Origin: Mobula hypostoma
Lineage: Eukaryota
Direction of reading: 5' to 3'
Length of the DNA: 64,000 nt
Assembly (NCBI RefSeq): GCF_963921235.1
Contig: NC_086108.1
Span: 106,890,001 to 106,954,000 of the forward strand
Below are positions 35,335 through 48,517 of this stretch, piece after piece. The position numbers were made by a program, and so were the translations under genes. Below the pieces are notes generated by a model. It worked only from the letters and a program-made list of their open reading frames with translations. It searched no databases and was not told the DNA's origin. Every line of letters starts with the position of its first letter. The stretch's first letter is position 1.

Positions 35335-38300
35335 AGAAGAAAAATGGTAAGAAGGGAGCCAGAATGGGGAATGGAAAAATGGAGAAGGGAGACAAGGAAA
35401 TTATTAGAGTTGGAGAAATTGATGCTCTCCACCTAGTTGAAACTTCAAATTTAAAAGTTTTATTTGCTGATTCTTGAGGGGGAGCAATATGTCTATGTCT
35501 ACGAGGAGTGGGAAGAACCTGTCTGAGCCTAGTGACAACGGTAATGGGAAAGGAAAGATGCAAAAGGAAAGATCTGATGAAATGCCATCATGGGCTGAAG
35601 ATATCGTTCGAACACTGAATTCAATTAAAGATCAGAATGGGTCAATTAAAGACCAGCTGGAAAAGAATAGCAATGAAATTAATTCATTTTTGGGAAAACT
35701 CAAAGACTTGGAAACTCAAGTTATTGCACACAAAGAGGAATTGAAGATAACTAAGCAAAAATTGTTTGAAGCTACAACCTGTTTGGAAAGATATCAAAAT
35801 AAGATTATAGACCTGGAAACTAGGTCTCGCCGAAGGAATATACGAATTGTTGGGCTGCAAGAAGGAGCTCGAGATAGAGTCTAACTGCTTACTTTGGTAA
35901 GCTTTTTCATACCTTATTTCCTACCATATTATCACAGCCGCCTACTATAGAAAGAGCACACAAAGCTTTTACTTCGTAATTTAAAGATCCAAATAAACCA
36001 ACATCTGTTTTGATTTGTTTTCATCATTTTAAAATTAAAGATCAAATAATGCGACAGGCAAAGAAACAGAGAGTTTTTAGATTTAGAGAATCTGAGCTCC
36101 GTTTTTATGAAGATTATCCAAGGAGGTCAAGATTTGCTCTGGTAATGAAACAGGCATATGATAAGAAACTGTTTCCTTCTTTGCGTTACCCAACGAGAAT
36201 TAAAGTTTTTCCTCCTAACTCTCCTCCAAGTACATTTTTTGATCCAAAAGCCGCACTGGACTTCGTTCAAACTATACCTGCCGCTGCTACCGAATGAACC
36301 ATCTGAAAGGTTGTTTGGTTTTAAGAGATAACATTATGTTGGTTCTTTCTTGTTTAATAGATGCTGGAATGTAAATGCTTTCCTTTGTTGAGACTTTATT
36401 GTTTTTCTTACAAGGTCACTCTTTTTTTTTACTAACTGGGGGAGGGGAAGAAAATCCTTAAAATGTTTTTTTCTGTACAGACAGAGTGGTCCCTGGCTTC
36501 GTGTTCTATCATAGCTTGCTTGCCTTTTCTCGGGCTTTCGGGGAGGTGGGTGGGGTTAGAGTTAGAAGTTTTTTCCCATTGGGTGGTTCCGGAGCATGCG
36601 TGTTGTCTATGTTGTTGTATTCTTCATCATCGCCATTTTTGATCATCCCGTATTGGTATGTGCTCTGCGCATGTATAAAGTAGAATAAAATTATAGTATG
36701 GTACTGAAATGGATTAATGTAATAAGTGGGAATGTACGTGGGTGGAATCATCCTATCAAACGAAAAAAGACTTTTAAAATTTTTAACTGATTCCAACCTG
36801 ATATAATTTTTGCTCAAGAGACACATATCAGGGTGCGAGATCAAAATAGATTTTTTGGATGGTGGAGAGGTTTGCAGTTCCACCCTACTTCTCAGAGTAA
36901 AACTAAAGGTGTGTCCATCTTTATTAAATCCAATATATTTATTCAAGAGGATATTGAGTCAGATTCTAATGGTAGATTTTTAATTGTTAAAGGAGTGATC
37001 TGTAACAGAAAAGTTGTTTTGGTCAATCTGTATGGTCCTAACTTAGATGATCCTTCTTTTTTTAAAAGGGTATTTGCTTTACTGTCTGATTTAAATGAAT
37101 ATATGTTGATAATGGGTGGGGATTTTAACTGTTGTTTAAATCCTATGATTCACAAGAGCTCAACCAATCAACGACTTCCAAATCACTCCGCGTCACTTAT
37201 TAACTCCTTTTTGATCAATTTTGGATTGATTGAATTATGGAGGTCTCTGCACCCCAATAACAGAGAATATTCTTTCTTTTCACATGTTTATAAAAAATAT
37301 TCAAGGATTGATTATATTATAACTGATCCCTGCTTCTTGCCTGGTGTTAAAAATTGTGAATATGATGCTATTGCTATATCTGCTCACGCGACTCTGAGTT
37401 TGTCTTTTGAATTTCATGGTGTCTTTTTTGCCTGCCCACCATGGCACACGTCTCAGACATTATTGCAAAACTCTGACTTGGTCAGTTTCATTGAAACCCA
37501 GATAAAAGATTTTTTTTTCTTTTTAACAATATAGGGGGTATATCCAAATTAATTATATGGGATACATTTAAAGCATTTTTATGTGGTCAGATCATTTCTT
37601 ATTCAGCTAAGCTTAAAAACCATACTAAAGCAGAATTAGATAAGATTTCGAAACAAATTAAAGACTTAGATAATATTTATGCGATTTCTCCTAATATTGA
37701 TTTATTCAAACAAAGGGTGGAACTTCAATCACAATATAACCTATTACTAACTCATCCCATTGAAGGCTATTTGCTTAAGTTAAAGAGCCAATTTTATATG
37801 TTTGGAGATAAAAATAACAAACTGCTCGCATCTCAATTAAAAATGGCTAGAGCCAAAGGGCAAATTTTGAAAATCCGTAGGAAAGATGGTACCCTGGCTT
37901 GGGAATATGAAGAAATTAATAATATTTTTCAAGATTTTTATACTGAACTTTACAAATCTCAATGTCCAGTAGATTCTTCTGAAATGAATGCTTTCTTACG
38001 AAAGATTGCTTTTCCTAATATTTCTGTTGAAGATCAAAAAACTCTTGATGCCCAAATTACTGAAGCCAAAATTCATAAAGCTATTTTTTCAATGCAATCT
38101 GGTAAGGCCCCTGGACTTGATGGCTATCCTGCAGAATTTTTATAATCTAAAATTTGGAAAGTTTCTTTCTCCATATATGTTGGAAATGTTTAAGGATTCT
38201 TTTGTGAAAGGTGATTTACCCTTTGCCTTCCATGAGGCTTCTATTTCTTTAATTCTTAAAAAGGATAAAGATCCTACTGACTGTGCCTCATATAGACCTA

Positions 38301-39330
38301 TTTCATTACTGAATATCGATGCTAAGATTCTGTCAAAGATAATGGCCAATCGGTTGGAGAATATTTTGAGTAAAATTATTTTTAAAGTTCAAACAGGCTT
38401 TATAAAGGGTTGTTATTCTTTTTCAAATGTTCGGACACTATTTAACATTGTATAGTCGTCCTCTTTGAAAACTCCATAACGTGTCGTCTCTTTGGATGCT
38501 GAAAAAGCATACAATCGAGTCGAATGGAAATATTTATTTAATGTTTTAGAGAAATTTGGTTTTGGTGCTAATTTTAATAATTGGATTAGAATGATATATA
38601 AAGCTCGACGAAGGGTTCTATTGGAAGAATTTATAATTTATTATTACAATGGGATAAGCGTCCTTCATTTAAGATTAAACAAGATTGGGAAAAAGCTTTC
38701 GGTACCAACACATCGACTATAAGCTCCACCAATTCCTTCAGCACCCTGGGATGCATCCCATCAGGACCAGGGGACTTATCTAAGAGCACAATAAATATTA
38801 ATATTAATTCCTCAAAATATCCATGGTATCTCTGTGTCTGACCAACATGTTATTGCATTTGTTACATTGATAGCTAGGAGGGCCATTTTGTTGAAGTGGA
38901 AGGATACGTCGGCTCCCACTTTGTCACAATGGTTCTCTCAAGTGATGCTATGTCTTAGTTTAGAGAAAATTAGAAGTCGAACCTTTGAACCTTTATTTAA
39001 TTTTGAGAAAAGATGGGGTTCATTTGCTTGTTATTATCATTTGAGTTAATTAATAGATTTCCTCCACGATCTAATTGTAAGTTTTTGTTTTTTTTCTTGC
39101 TGGCGGTTTGATGTTTATCTTTAGAACCTTTTTGTATGACGCATGGCTCCGGGTTGTACACCTAATGGGGTTTTTTTCCCACTTTTTCTGCTTAGTAGGG
39201 TTTTTTTTATTATCACCAGCAATTTTAATCCTTAAAATAATGTTTTTTTTTCTTCAGAAATTGTAAGTGTTGTTTACTTCGATGTACTCGTGTTATTTTT
39301 GAATAATATAATAATAATAAAAGGATTTGA
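35335..39330 (+). mobile_element. Degenerate L1-clade LINE: ORF1 (about 35490-36297) and ORF2 (about 36690-39049) with a large internal deletion
   Basis: ORF1 coiled coil plus LETRSRRRNIRIVGL, IERAH, LRFYED; ORF2 APE (NLYGPN, GGDFN, YSRIDY) and RT start (GKAPGLDG, SYRPISLLN.D.KI, DAEKAY..VEW), then a jump at about 38603 to the C-terminal ARRAILLKWK; AATAAA near 39316. Confidence 0.88.
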
Positions 39331-39444
39331 AAATGAAAAATACATTTAGATCATTAATGCATTTAATAAGGAACAAGGATCAGTCCTTGTGTTACAACAC
39401 TTGGCACTGGCTTCCAGTCACAAGAAAAACCATTGACCATCTAC

Positions 39445-39950
39445 TCAGAGTCAGAATTGGGTTTAATATCACTGACATACGTTGTGGAATTTGGTGTTTT
39501 ATGGAAGTAGCACTTTACAATACACAATAATAAAACATTCTAAATTATATATATATATGTAGTGCAAAAAGAGAGCAAAAAATAAGAAAAAAGTAGAGAG
39601 GTAGTGTTCGTGGGTTCAATGTCCATTCAAAAATCTGATGGCAGAGGGGAAGAAGCTGTTCCTGAAACATTGTGTGTGTGTCTTCAGACTCCAGTACCTC
39701 CTCCTTGTTGGTGGCAATGAGAAGAGGGCATGCCCCAGGTGGTGGAGATTCTTCCTGACGGCTGCCGCCTTTCTGAGCAATCACCTTCTGACGCTGTCTT
39801 CGATGCTGGTGAGGGTAGTGCCCATGATGGAACAGGCTGAGTTTACAACTTTCTGCAGTTTTTTTTCCAATGCTGTCCAGTGGCCCCCTCCACAACAGAT
39901 GGCGATGCAGCCAGTTAAAATGCACTCCTTCGTACATCTGTAGAAATATG
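39445..39950 (-). mobile_element. Rex1/Babar-type 3' end
   Basis: Reversed tail 'cagaattgggtttaatatcactgac'; reverse-strand remnants colinear with 19617-19949. Confidence 0.65.
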
Positions 39951-40209
39951 CAATTTCTGCCGATGCGTAAAAAATTTCTTTATCTCATCTCATCTGCCTT
40001 GTAAGCTGCTCACTCGTTCCCATCACACAAGTTGTAGGACATCATCCTTTATTTTGACTGTCATTAGTAGCAAGGTGAACCACAACCTCTGGCTGTTTAT
40101 CCTCTCCTTTTTGAAAGCGTGGCAATCATTTTGTCATACTGCTGACTGGGCACTGGTGAAGAAGTGCACTATCCTCGATTCACATTTTTGTCCACAGAAG
40201 CAGCTGTCG

Positions 40210-40755
40210 GAGAAGCAGGGTGTAATGCTGAGGACTTGTATGGCGTTGGTCAGACTGCACTTGGAGTATTGTTAGCAGCTTTGGGCTCCTTATCGAAGAA
40301 TGGACGTGCTGACATTGGAGAGGGTCCAGAGGAGGTTCAAGAGAAAGATCCCAGGAATGAAAGCATTAATGTAAGAGAAGTATTTGATGGCTCTGGGCCT
40401 GTACCACCAGGGTTTAGAAGAATGGGGGATCTCATTGAAACCTATGTATATTGAACGGACTAGAGTGGACAAGGAGAGAATGTTTCCTATAGTGGGTAGA
40501 CTAGGACCAATAGGTACAGCCTCATAATAGAAGGATAACCCTTTAGAATGGAGATGAGAAAGAATTTCTTCATGTGGAGGACAAATCATTGGGTAGATAT
40601 AAAATGGAGGTTGATAGGTCCTTGATTAATACGAACATCAAAGGATACGGACGAAATAAAGAGAACGGGATTGAGAGAGAAAATAATTCAGCCATGATGG
40701 AATGGCAGAGGAATGGCCTAATTCTGTTGCTATACCTGATGGTCTTATGGTCTCT
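40210..40755 (+). mobile_element. CR1 3' end
   Basis: VMLRT..ALVRLHLEYC...LERVQRRF; tail 'ggtcttatgg'. Confidence 0.7.
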
Positions 40756-41854
40756 CAGGATGACCAAAACCTGAAGTCAGAAGGATTTATTTTATGGACT
40801 ATCTTCAAGCAGAGAAGGGGCAGTGATGATTGACTAAGAAATTATGAGTTGAAGATTGGCTGAGGGCATATGTGATGAGCAAATAAGAGAACAGACTCAG
40901 AGATGTCAAATGTTTCCCATACATTAAGCCTTTCATTCTTATGAACCTCCTGTGGATTGTCTCCAGGGTCAGCACATCTTTCGTTCAATGTGGCACCCAA
41001 AATTACTCATCATGTACCAAATGCGGTCTGAGTGATGCCTTAATAGTAAGGAATTGATGGGCTGTGTAGCCTAATTCTGCTCCTATGTCTCATGCTCTTA
41101 TAAAGCCATAGTGTGGAACTGAGGGTTTGACATTTTGTGACTGTTGAGGAAACTACAGTGAAAAAAAGCAACAAAACCATGAAGCTATTTTAACGCATAA
41201 CCAACACAGTTTGTGTTTAAGAAATTATCTCTTTGAGTTTTTGTTTTACTGCTCACCACCAGCAAATATACTCTTAAAAAATATGTGAAACATTTATTTT
41301 TTTCCCATAATGCCATGATGAAGTCTATGGCAAATGCACCCAAGGGCGATGTTCAGGTTCTACGTATTAATGAAAAGCAAAGGTCTGCGTTGTTCCTGTT
41401 GAGCTGCCATGTGCCTGCTAAACTGACGCTCAGTGTGCAATATCAGAAAAATCATCTTTGAACACGTCAAAAATTAATACTAATGAACAAAAAATAAGGC
41501 CATTATAAATATGCATTCAAACTAATGGACTGAACTTATCACTGCAAGCAGGAGTCACTAATAATGCACACCTGCAGTTCATTATTCCTTAATGAAACCA
41601 CTTTGTACACATTTAAAATACCATGAAATGGCTTCTGTACAGACCACAAAAGAGAAAGTGTTTTAAAGGTATGATTTTGTGTTTTATTGGATTTTTCTGA
41701 ATACTTTTATGAGTGCTGGTAAGAGTTTGACTTGGACTTCGGAAGAAAGAATTTGAGCTCCTTCAAAAATGCAGAAATACCGGCCACAAAATTTGTTATG
41801 AAATTTTAGACTGTATCGCTATCATTTTTATTGATTGTTTTTCTCTTAATAAAT

Positions 41855-42320
41855 AATGTCCATCGCAGGTAAAGCCCTCCCCACCATTCAGCTGCAAGGT
41901 ACACTGCTACCTGAGAGCAGCATCCATCATCAAGAACACACCCCACCCAGGCCATGCTATCTTCTCAGTACTACCGTCAGGAAGGAGGTGCCACACCACC
42001 AGGTTTGGGAACAGTTATTACCCTCCAACCATCAGGCTCTGAACCAGCATGGATTACTTTACTCTCCACAATACTGATCTGATTCCACTACCTATGCACT
42101 CCCTTTCAAACTCTACAATTCATGTTCTCAATATTTATTATGTTTGCTCAGTTTATCATCTTTACACATTGGTTGTTTGTCCATCTTTGTTTGTGTGTGG
42201 TTTTTCATTGATTCTATTGTGTTCCTTTGTATCTACTGTGAATACATGCAATAAAATGAACCTCAGGGTTGTATATGGTGATACATATGTACTTTGATAA
42301 TAAATTTACTTTCTACTTTG
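41855..42320 (+). mobile_element. Rex1/Babar-type 3' end
   Basis: 'gtccatcgcaggtaaagccctccccaccatt'...'tactttgataataaatttacttt'. Confidence 0.65.
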
Positions 42321-42689
42321 TTCTGGTCTCCTCATTATAGGAGGGATGTGGAGATGTTGGAGAGGGTGCAGTCGAGATTCACCAGGATGCTGTCTGGATT
42401 AGACGGTATGTGCTAAAAGGAGAGTTTGGACAAAATTGATAGTGGTGGAGGCTGAGGAAAGACCTGATGGAAGTTTATAAGATTATGTGAGGAACAGACA
42501 GCTGATATCCACCTCTTCACACAAAGATTGAACCATTTACGAATAGATAGCATGCATTTAAGTTGAGTGGAAGTGAATTTGAAGGAGATGTACAGGGCAA
42601 ATATTTTGAACAGAGTGGCTGGTGCCTGGAACACTTAAAGTTCAAAGTAAATTTATTTATCAAAGTATGTATGTGTCATCTTGCACTGT

Positions 42690-43440
42690 TTATGGTATTT
42701 ATTGAGATACAATGTGGAATAGGCCCTTCAAGTCACGTTGCTCAGCAACCCTCGATTGCCCAATCACGGGACAAGTTACAATGACTAATTAACCTACCAA
42801 CTGATACGTGTTTGGAGTGTGGGAGGAAACAGGAGCACCCGGAGGAAACCCAGTACGGTCACAGGGAAAACGTACAAACTCCTTACAGGCAGCGATGGGA
42901 ATTGAACCCAATTCACTGGTACTGTAAAGTGTTGGGCTAACCATTATGCTACCATGCCATACTATTCTATCCTGACATCTGTGGTGAATGTGGTAATGGA
43001 GGTGAATATGATGGCGATTAAAATGCTTGTAAGTAAGTACATGAACATGCAGACAATAGAGCGATATGGGCAATGTGCAGACAGAAAAGATTAGTTTAGT
43101 CAGCTGTTTAGTTTGGCTTAATACTGTGGGCTTGTCCTTTATTCAGTATTGTTTTTAATTTAATGATACAGCACAGAATTAGCCCTTCTGGGACATCGAT
43201 CTGCTCCGCGTAGCAATCCCCCAATTTAATCCTAACCTAATCACGGGACAATTTACAATGACCAATTAATGTAGTAACTGGTACGTCTTTGGACTGTGGG
43301 AGGAAACCGGAGCACCTGGAGAAAAGCCATGTAATCCACAGGGAAGTACAGGGATTCCTTTCAGAGAACACCAGTACTGAGCTCCAGACTCCACTGTCCC
43401 AAGCTGTAATAGTATTGCACTAACTGCTAACCATGGTGCT
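42690..43440 (-). mobile_element. Two V-SINE-like tRNA SINEs (about 42690-42960 and 43155-43440)
   Basis: Both carry 'acaatgac.aatt...tttgga.tgtgggaggaaac.ggagcac', the reverse of the central motif at 3770-3830. Confidence 0.6.
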
Positions 43441-44562
43441 CCTTTATTGTTCTACGTTCATGTATGGATAATAAACTGAATAATTTTGGATGAACCTTAA
43501 ACACAAAAAGATTTAATATGACTCCTTAATGTTACTGATAGGAGGAAGACTAGCTAAAGATTTGTTATTCCTCTTCTCCTATCAAATTCCTTATTCTTCT
43601 TCCTTTACCTCATCCACCTATTGCCTCCCAGCTTCTTATTTAATTTCCCCTTTCCCCCTTCCCCCGCCTATCTGCCATCCCCTCACCTAGTCTCACCTGT
43701 CACCTTACAGCTTGTACTCCTCCCCCTCCTCCACCTTCTTATTCTGGCTTCTTCCCCCTTCATCCCAGTCCTGATGAAGCCTTTCAGCCTGGAACGTCGA
43801 CTCTTTATTCCTCTTTATAAATGCTACCTGACCTACAGATCTCCTCCAGTACTTTGTGTGTGTGTTACTCTGGATTTCCAGCATCTCTTGTTTTTTGTGA
43901 ATAGTTGCTCTGTCTGGTTGCTATTGTTGGACTCTTGAATTCAATGCAATGAGTAATAATTCTGATTTAGTAAGTTTACAGGTGACATGAACTGGTGGAG
44001 ATACAAGATACTGCAGACATTGGAATCTGGAACAACAAGTAATCTGCTAGAGGAACTCAATATGTTGCGCAGCATCTGTGGGGGAGAAAATAACTGTTTT
44101 TTTTTGTTTTAGGTTGAAACTCTGCGTCCGTGTCATGCATCAACCTACCTATTTCTGTGCAGTGATTATTGAGTTGTTGCCTGTGTTCTCGACAAATCAA
44201 TTTACAAGCAAAGATTCTTTGTTCAACTCCAGCCTCGTCTCTAGTCTCCTCTGCACTTGGGTCCACCTGATCTTCACTTCTTGTGATAGTCCACAGGTTA
44301 ATGATGTGCAACATCGCCATAACACTCCAGTTCAAACCCAGCCCAGCAACCACTCCTGTTACATCCAGTTCTCCACTCCCAAAGGGATTAGCACAGATGC
44401 ATCAACAATTTGAACCAGGAGTTTTTCTATGTACATCCAGTGGACACTGGGTAGGTGAGGCTACGTGGATTCAGTCAATACTGGGACATGGACAACAGAT
44501 TTTAAATGCTCTTAAGTTTATAGATTTCAACTTCAAGTTTAATTGTCATTCAACTTGTATAA

Positions 44563-44881
44563 AATAAATAAAGGCATCCGTTGGTCTTGCGAGACCATGA
44601 ATCTACACCTGGAAAGTCTTCACTCTCCAGGGCGTAGGCCTGGGCAAGGTTGTACAGAAGACCGGCAGTTGCCCATGCTGCAAGACTCCCCTCTCCACGA
44701 CACCAATGTTGTCCAAGGGAAGGGCATTAGGACCCATACAGCTTGGCACCAGTGGTGTCACAGAGCAATGTGTGATTAAGTGCCTTGCTCAAGGACACAA
44801 CACACTGCCTCGGCTGGGGCTCGAACTCACGACCTTCAGATCGTAGTCGAATGCCTTAACCACTTTGCCACGTGCCCACAC
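44563..44881 (-). mobile_element. Young tRNA-derived SINE with perfect 13-bp TSD
   Basis: TSD tcaacttgtataa at 44550-44562 and 44882-44894; A and B boxes on the reverse strand. Confidence 0.88.
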
Positions 44882-45009
44882 TCAACTTGTATAATATATA
44901 CAGCTAAATGCAACATCGTTCCTCGGGAGCAAAGGTACAAAATGTCGTATGTACAGTCACATCTAGTGCACAGTAATGTTAGCACATACAGAATATTAGT
45001 ACAAACCCC

Positions 45010-47805
45010 CAAGTGGCGTGGATTGAAGGTTGATGCTGCATGTGATGTTGTTCCGAGGTGATTGCAGGAGGCAAAGAAGTGGCTACTGGCTTGCTTCGAG
45101 TCAGTGGTCTGGGCTGTGTAGAATGACTCATCTGTGGATCTGAATGAATGCAACATTATAACAGAGTTTATAAACACAGTTGTAGGTGAGTGTGTCCCCA
45201 CAAAATCATCCAGAGTCTTCCCAACCAGAAGCCCTGGATGAACCATGAGATCTGCAATCCGCTGAGAGCCAGATTAAAGGTATTCAAGTTTGGTGATCAA
45301 GAAAGTTACAAGACGTCCAGTACGATCTCTGGAAGGCCATCTCATGGGTGAAGAGGAAATTCCAGACTCAACTTGGATCAATGAAGGATGCTTGGCAGTT
45401 GTGGCAGGGCTTGAATACTATCACTTCTTATAAAGTAAATCAAGCAAAATAGGTGACAACAAGACTTGACTTCCAGATAAGCTCAATGCCTTCCATTCTC
45501 GCTGTGACCATCAGAACATGGAGGAACCATCACAAACTCTCGTATCACAGATGATCGTGTGATTTCGGTCTCTGATGCCTACGTGCAAATAGGCTTCAGA
45601 AGGGTGAACCCATGAAATGCATCTGGCCCACGGGGGGGGGTGGTGGGTGGGGGGGTGGTACCTGGCCATGTACGAAAGACCTGAGATGATTAGCTGGCTG
45701 GGCAGGGGGGATTCGCTGAGATCTTTAATCTCTTGCTTCAGCAGTCTGAGCTACTCACCTGCTTCAAGTAGGCTCCAACTATACTGGTGCCCAAGAGCAG
45801 CATGGTGACCTGCCTTAATGACTATCGTTCGGTAGCAGTTATATCCACACTGATGAGTGTTTTCAGAGATTAGTGAAGAAATATATTAACTCCTGCCTGT
45901 GAAATGACTTGGATCCACTCCAATTTGCCTACTGGAACAAACTGTCCACAGCAGATGCCATTTTATTGGCTTTTCACTCAACCTTGGAACATCTGGAGAG
46001 CAAAGATGCATACTTTAGGATGCACTTTATCGAGCACAGGATGCATTTTATAGCATCCAATACTATCATCTCCTCAAAACTAATTAATAAGCTTCAAGAC
46101 CTTGGTCTCAATACCTCCTTGTGCAATTGGATCCTTGATTTCCTCACGTGCAGACCCCAGTCAGTTTGGTTTGGCAGTAACATATCCTACACAATCACTT
46201 ATAACTGTGTGGCTAAGTGCTTCTCCAATGCCATATTCAGGTTTGCTAATAACACCACTGTTGTAAGCCAAATCAAAGATGGCGATGAATCAGCTCCTAA
46301 GAGGGAGATTGAGAATCTGGTGGAGTAGTGGCATAACAGCAACCCCTTACTCAATGCCAGTTGATTATTGACTTCAGGAGGAGCATACCACAAGTCCATC
46401 AGAGGACCAGAGGTGGAGAGGGTCAGCACCTTTCAATTCCTCAGTGTTAGTATTTCAGATGACCTCTCCTGGGCCCAGCATGTAAGTGCAATTACGAAGA
46501 AAGCACAGCATCACCTCTACTTCCTTAGGAATATACAAAAACTCAGCATAACATCTAAAACTCTGATAAACTTCCATAGATATATAGTGGAGAATACATT
46601 GACTGGCTGCAGCACAGCCTGGTATGGAAACACCAATGTCCTTGAACAGAAAATCCTACAAAAGTAGTGGATGTGGCCCAGTCCATCGCGGGTTAGGCGG
46701 GAGGAGAAGATGGCGGCGCGACGCGGCGCGCGCAGCTCTCCGGTGAAATGATATCGTATTTGTAAGTAGGATGCCGTGCACAATTCTGATTTGATGGAGA
46801 CAGACGTGAGGAGCACAGAGGAACATCTGGAGAAACTTCTGAAATGTCCGGTTCGCTGCCGCTGCTACTGTGCGATCGAGAATCTCTGGAGGGAAGGCCC
46901 CAAAATCCCCGGCTTTGCCTGTTGCTGGCGACCGAGGCCGAGGTCGAAGCGTTCAGCAGAGATGGTGCTCGGTACTCGGTGTCGGAGGGCTGATCGGAGG
47001 ATCAAAGTTTTTGGACGACTCAGAGTCGGACTGTGGTCGGGCATGGCAGGGAGAGTTTTCTTCCTTCTCCCGTCTGCGTGAGATGTGGGACTTTCGAGAG
47101 ACTTTGAACTTTTTGACTGTGCCCATGGCCTGTTCTTCATCAAGTTATGGTATTGTTGCACTGTTGTAACAATATGTTATAATTATGTGGTTTTTGTTAG
47201 TTTTTCAGTCTTGGTCTGTCCTGTGTTTCTGTGATATCACACTGGAGGAATATTGTATCATTTCTTAATGTATGCATTACTAAATGACAATAAAACAGGA
47301 CTGCGTGTCCTCATAATCTAATCTAATCTAAAGCCCTCCCCTCCATTGAGCACATCTACACAAAATGTTGTCACATCCATCATCAGCAGCCCCCACCATC
47401 TAGGCCATGCTCTCTTCTCACTGCTGCCATTGGGAGGAAGTTACAGGAGCCTCAGGACTCACACCACCAGGTTCACGAACAGCTATTACCCCTCAGCCAT
47501 CAGGTTCTTGAACCAAAGGGGATAACTTTACTCAACTTTCTGCAGTGTTCCTTCAGCCTATGGACTCTTCATCTCATGTTCACAATATTTACTGCTTACT
47601 TATTAATTATTATTATTTATTTATTTTTGCATTTGCAGAGTTTTCTTTTTGTCTTTTGCTTCCTGGTTGATCACCTGAATCAGTACGGTCTTACACTGAT
47701 TTTTATAGCTTTAATTCTTATTAATTATGCCAACAAGAAAATGAATCTGAAAGCTGTATACGGTGACATATATTTACTTATATAATAAATTTACTTTGAA
47801 CTTTG
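45010..47805 (+). mobile_element. Old, long Rex1/Babar-type LINE with decayed RT
   Basis: FPNQKPWM-like remnant, DPLQFAY, NTII...[50 protein letters not shown]; many frameshifts. Confidence 0.8.
46695..47330 (+). mobile_element. Young CpG-rich non-coding retroposon with AAGATGGCGGC head and (atcta)n tail
   Basis: Splits host sequence 'gcgggt|aaagccctccc'; ends tgacaataaa...ctaatctaatcta. Confidence 0.75.
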
Positions 47806-47949
47806 GACTGACATTTCTGTGAAAATAACGTCTTCCGTAGGGCCAGTTGCAGATGAAAGCAATCCAATTTGTCTTCCAGGGAGCGAACATTCAAAAGCAG
47901 CGCTGATGGGAGAACCAGCCTTGCAGGGGACAGCAGAATGAGGGAGGTT

Positions 47950-48325
47950 AGCACACAAAATGCTGGAGGAACTTAACAAGTCAGGCAGCATCAATAGAGC
48001 GGAATAAGCAGTCAACGATTCAGGCTGGGATCCTACATCAGGACATGAGTGTCCTGCCAGCTTGTTTTCCACAGAATATATCCTCCCCCACTCCCTCCCA
48101 CTCGACTTCCTTATTCTAGCTTCCTCCCCCTTCCTTTCCAGGCCTGATGAAGAGCCTCAACCCAAATTGTCAACTGCTTATTCCACTTCACAGATGCTGT
48201 CTGACCTCCAGCATTTTTTGTGTGTGTCTGGTTTTGCATGTGTGAGTATATCTGTTTGTATGTGTGTGTCTATGTTTGTGTGTGTGGCTCAAGATTTTTT
48301 AGCACCTGCAGAATCTCTTCTGTCT
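47950..48325. mobile_element. Penelope termini in inverted arrangement
   Basis: 'cacacaaaatgctggaggaact...catcaggac' followed by 'cctgatgaagag...cagcacctgcagaatctct'. Confidence 0.65.
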
Positions 48326-48517
48326 ATGTATGAGGAAGGATGCTTTCCAGCAGTGCAGTGTGCAAAGTAAGTCCCATTTCACAATCAGTTTGAACCTGGC
48401 ATCCGAGAGAAGACTTCTGAATAATATGTGGCTTAATTCCTTTGGGTCAAGTTAAAACAAGACAAAAGGGAATAGCTGACTATCAGTACAATGTCAAACA
48501 AAAAGTATTCTATACAC

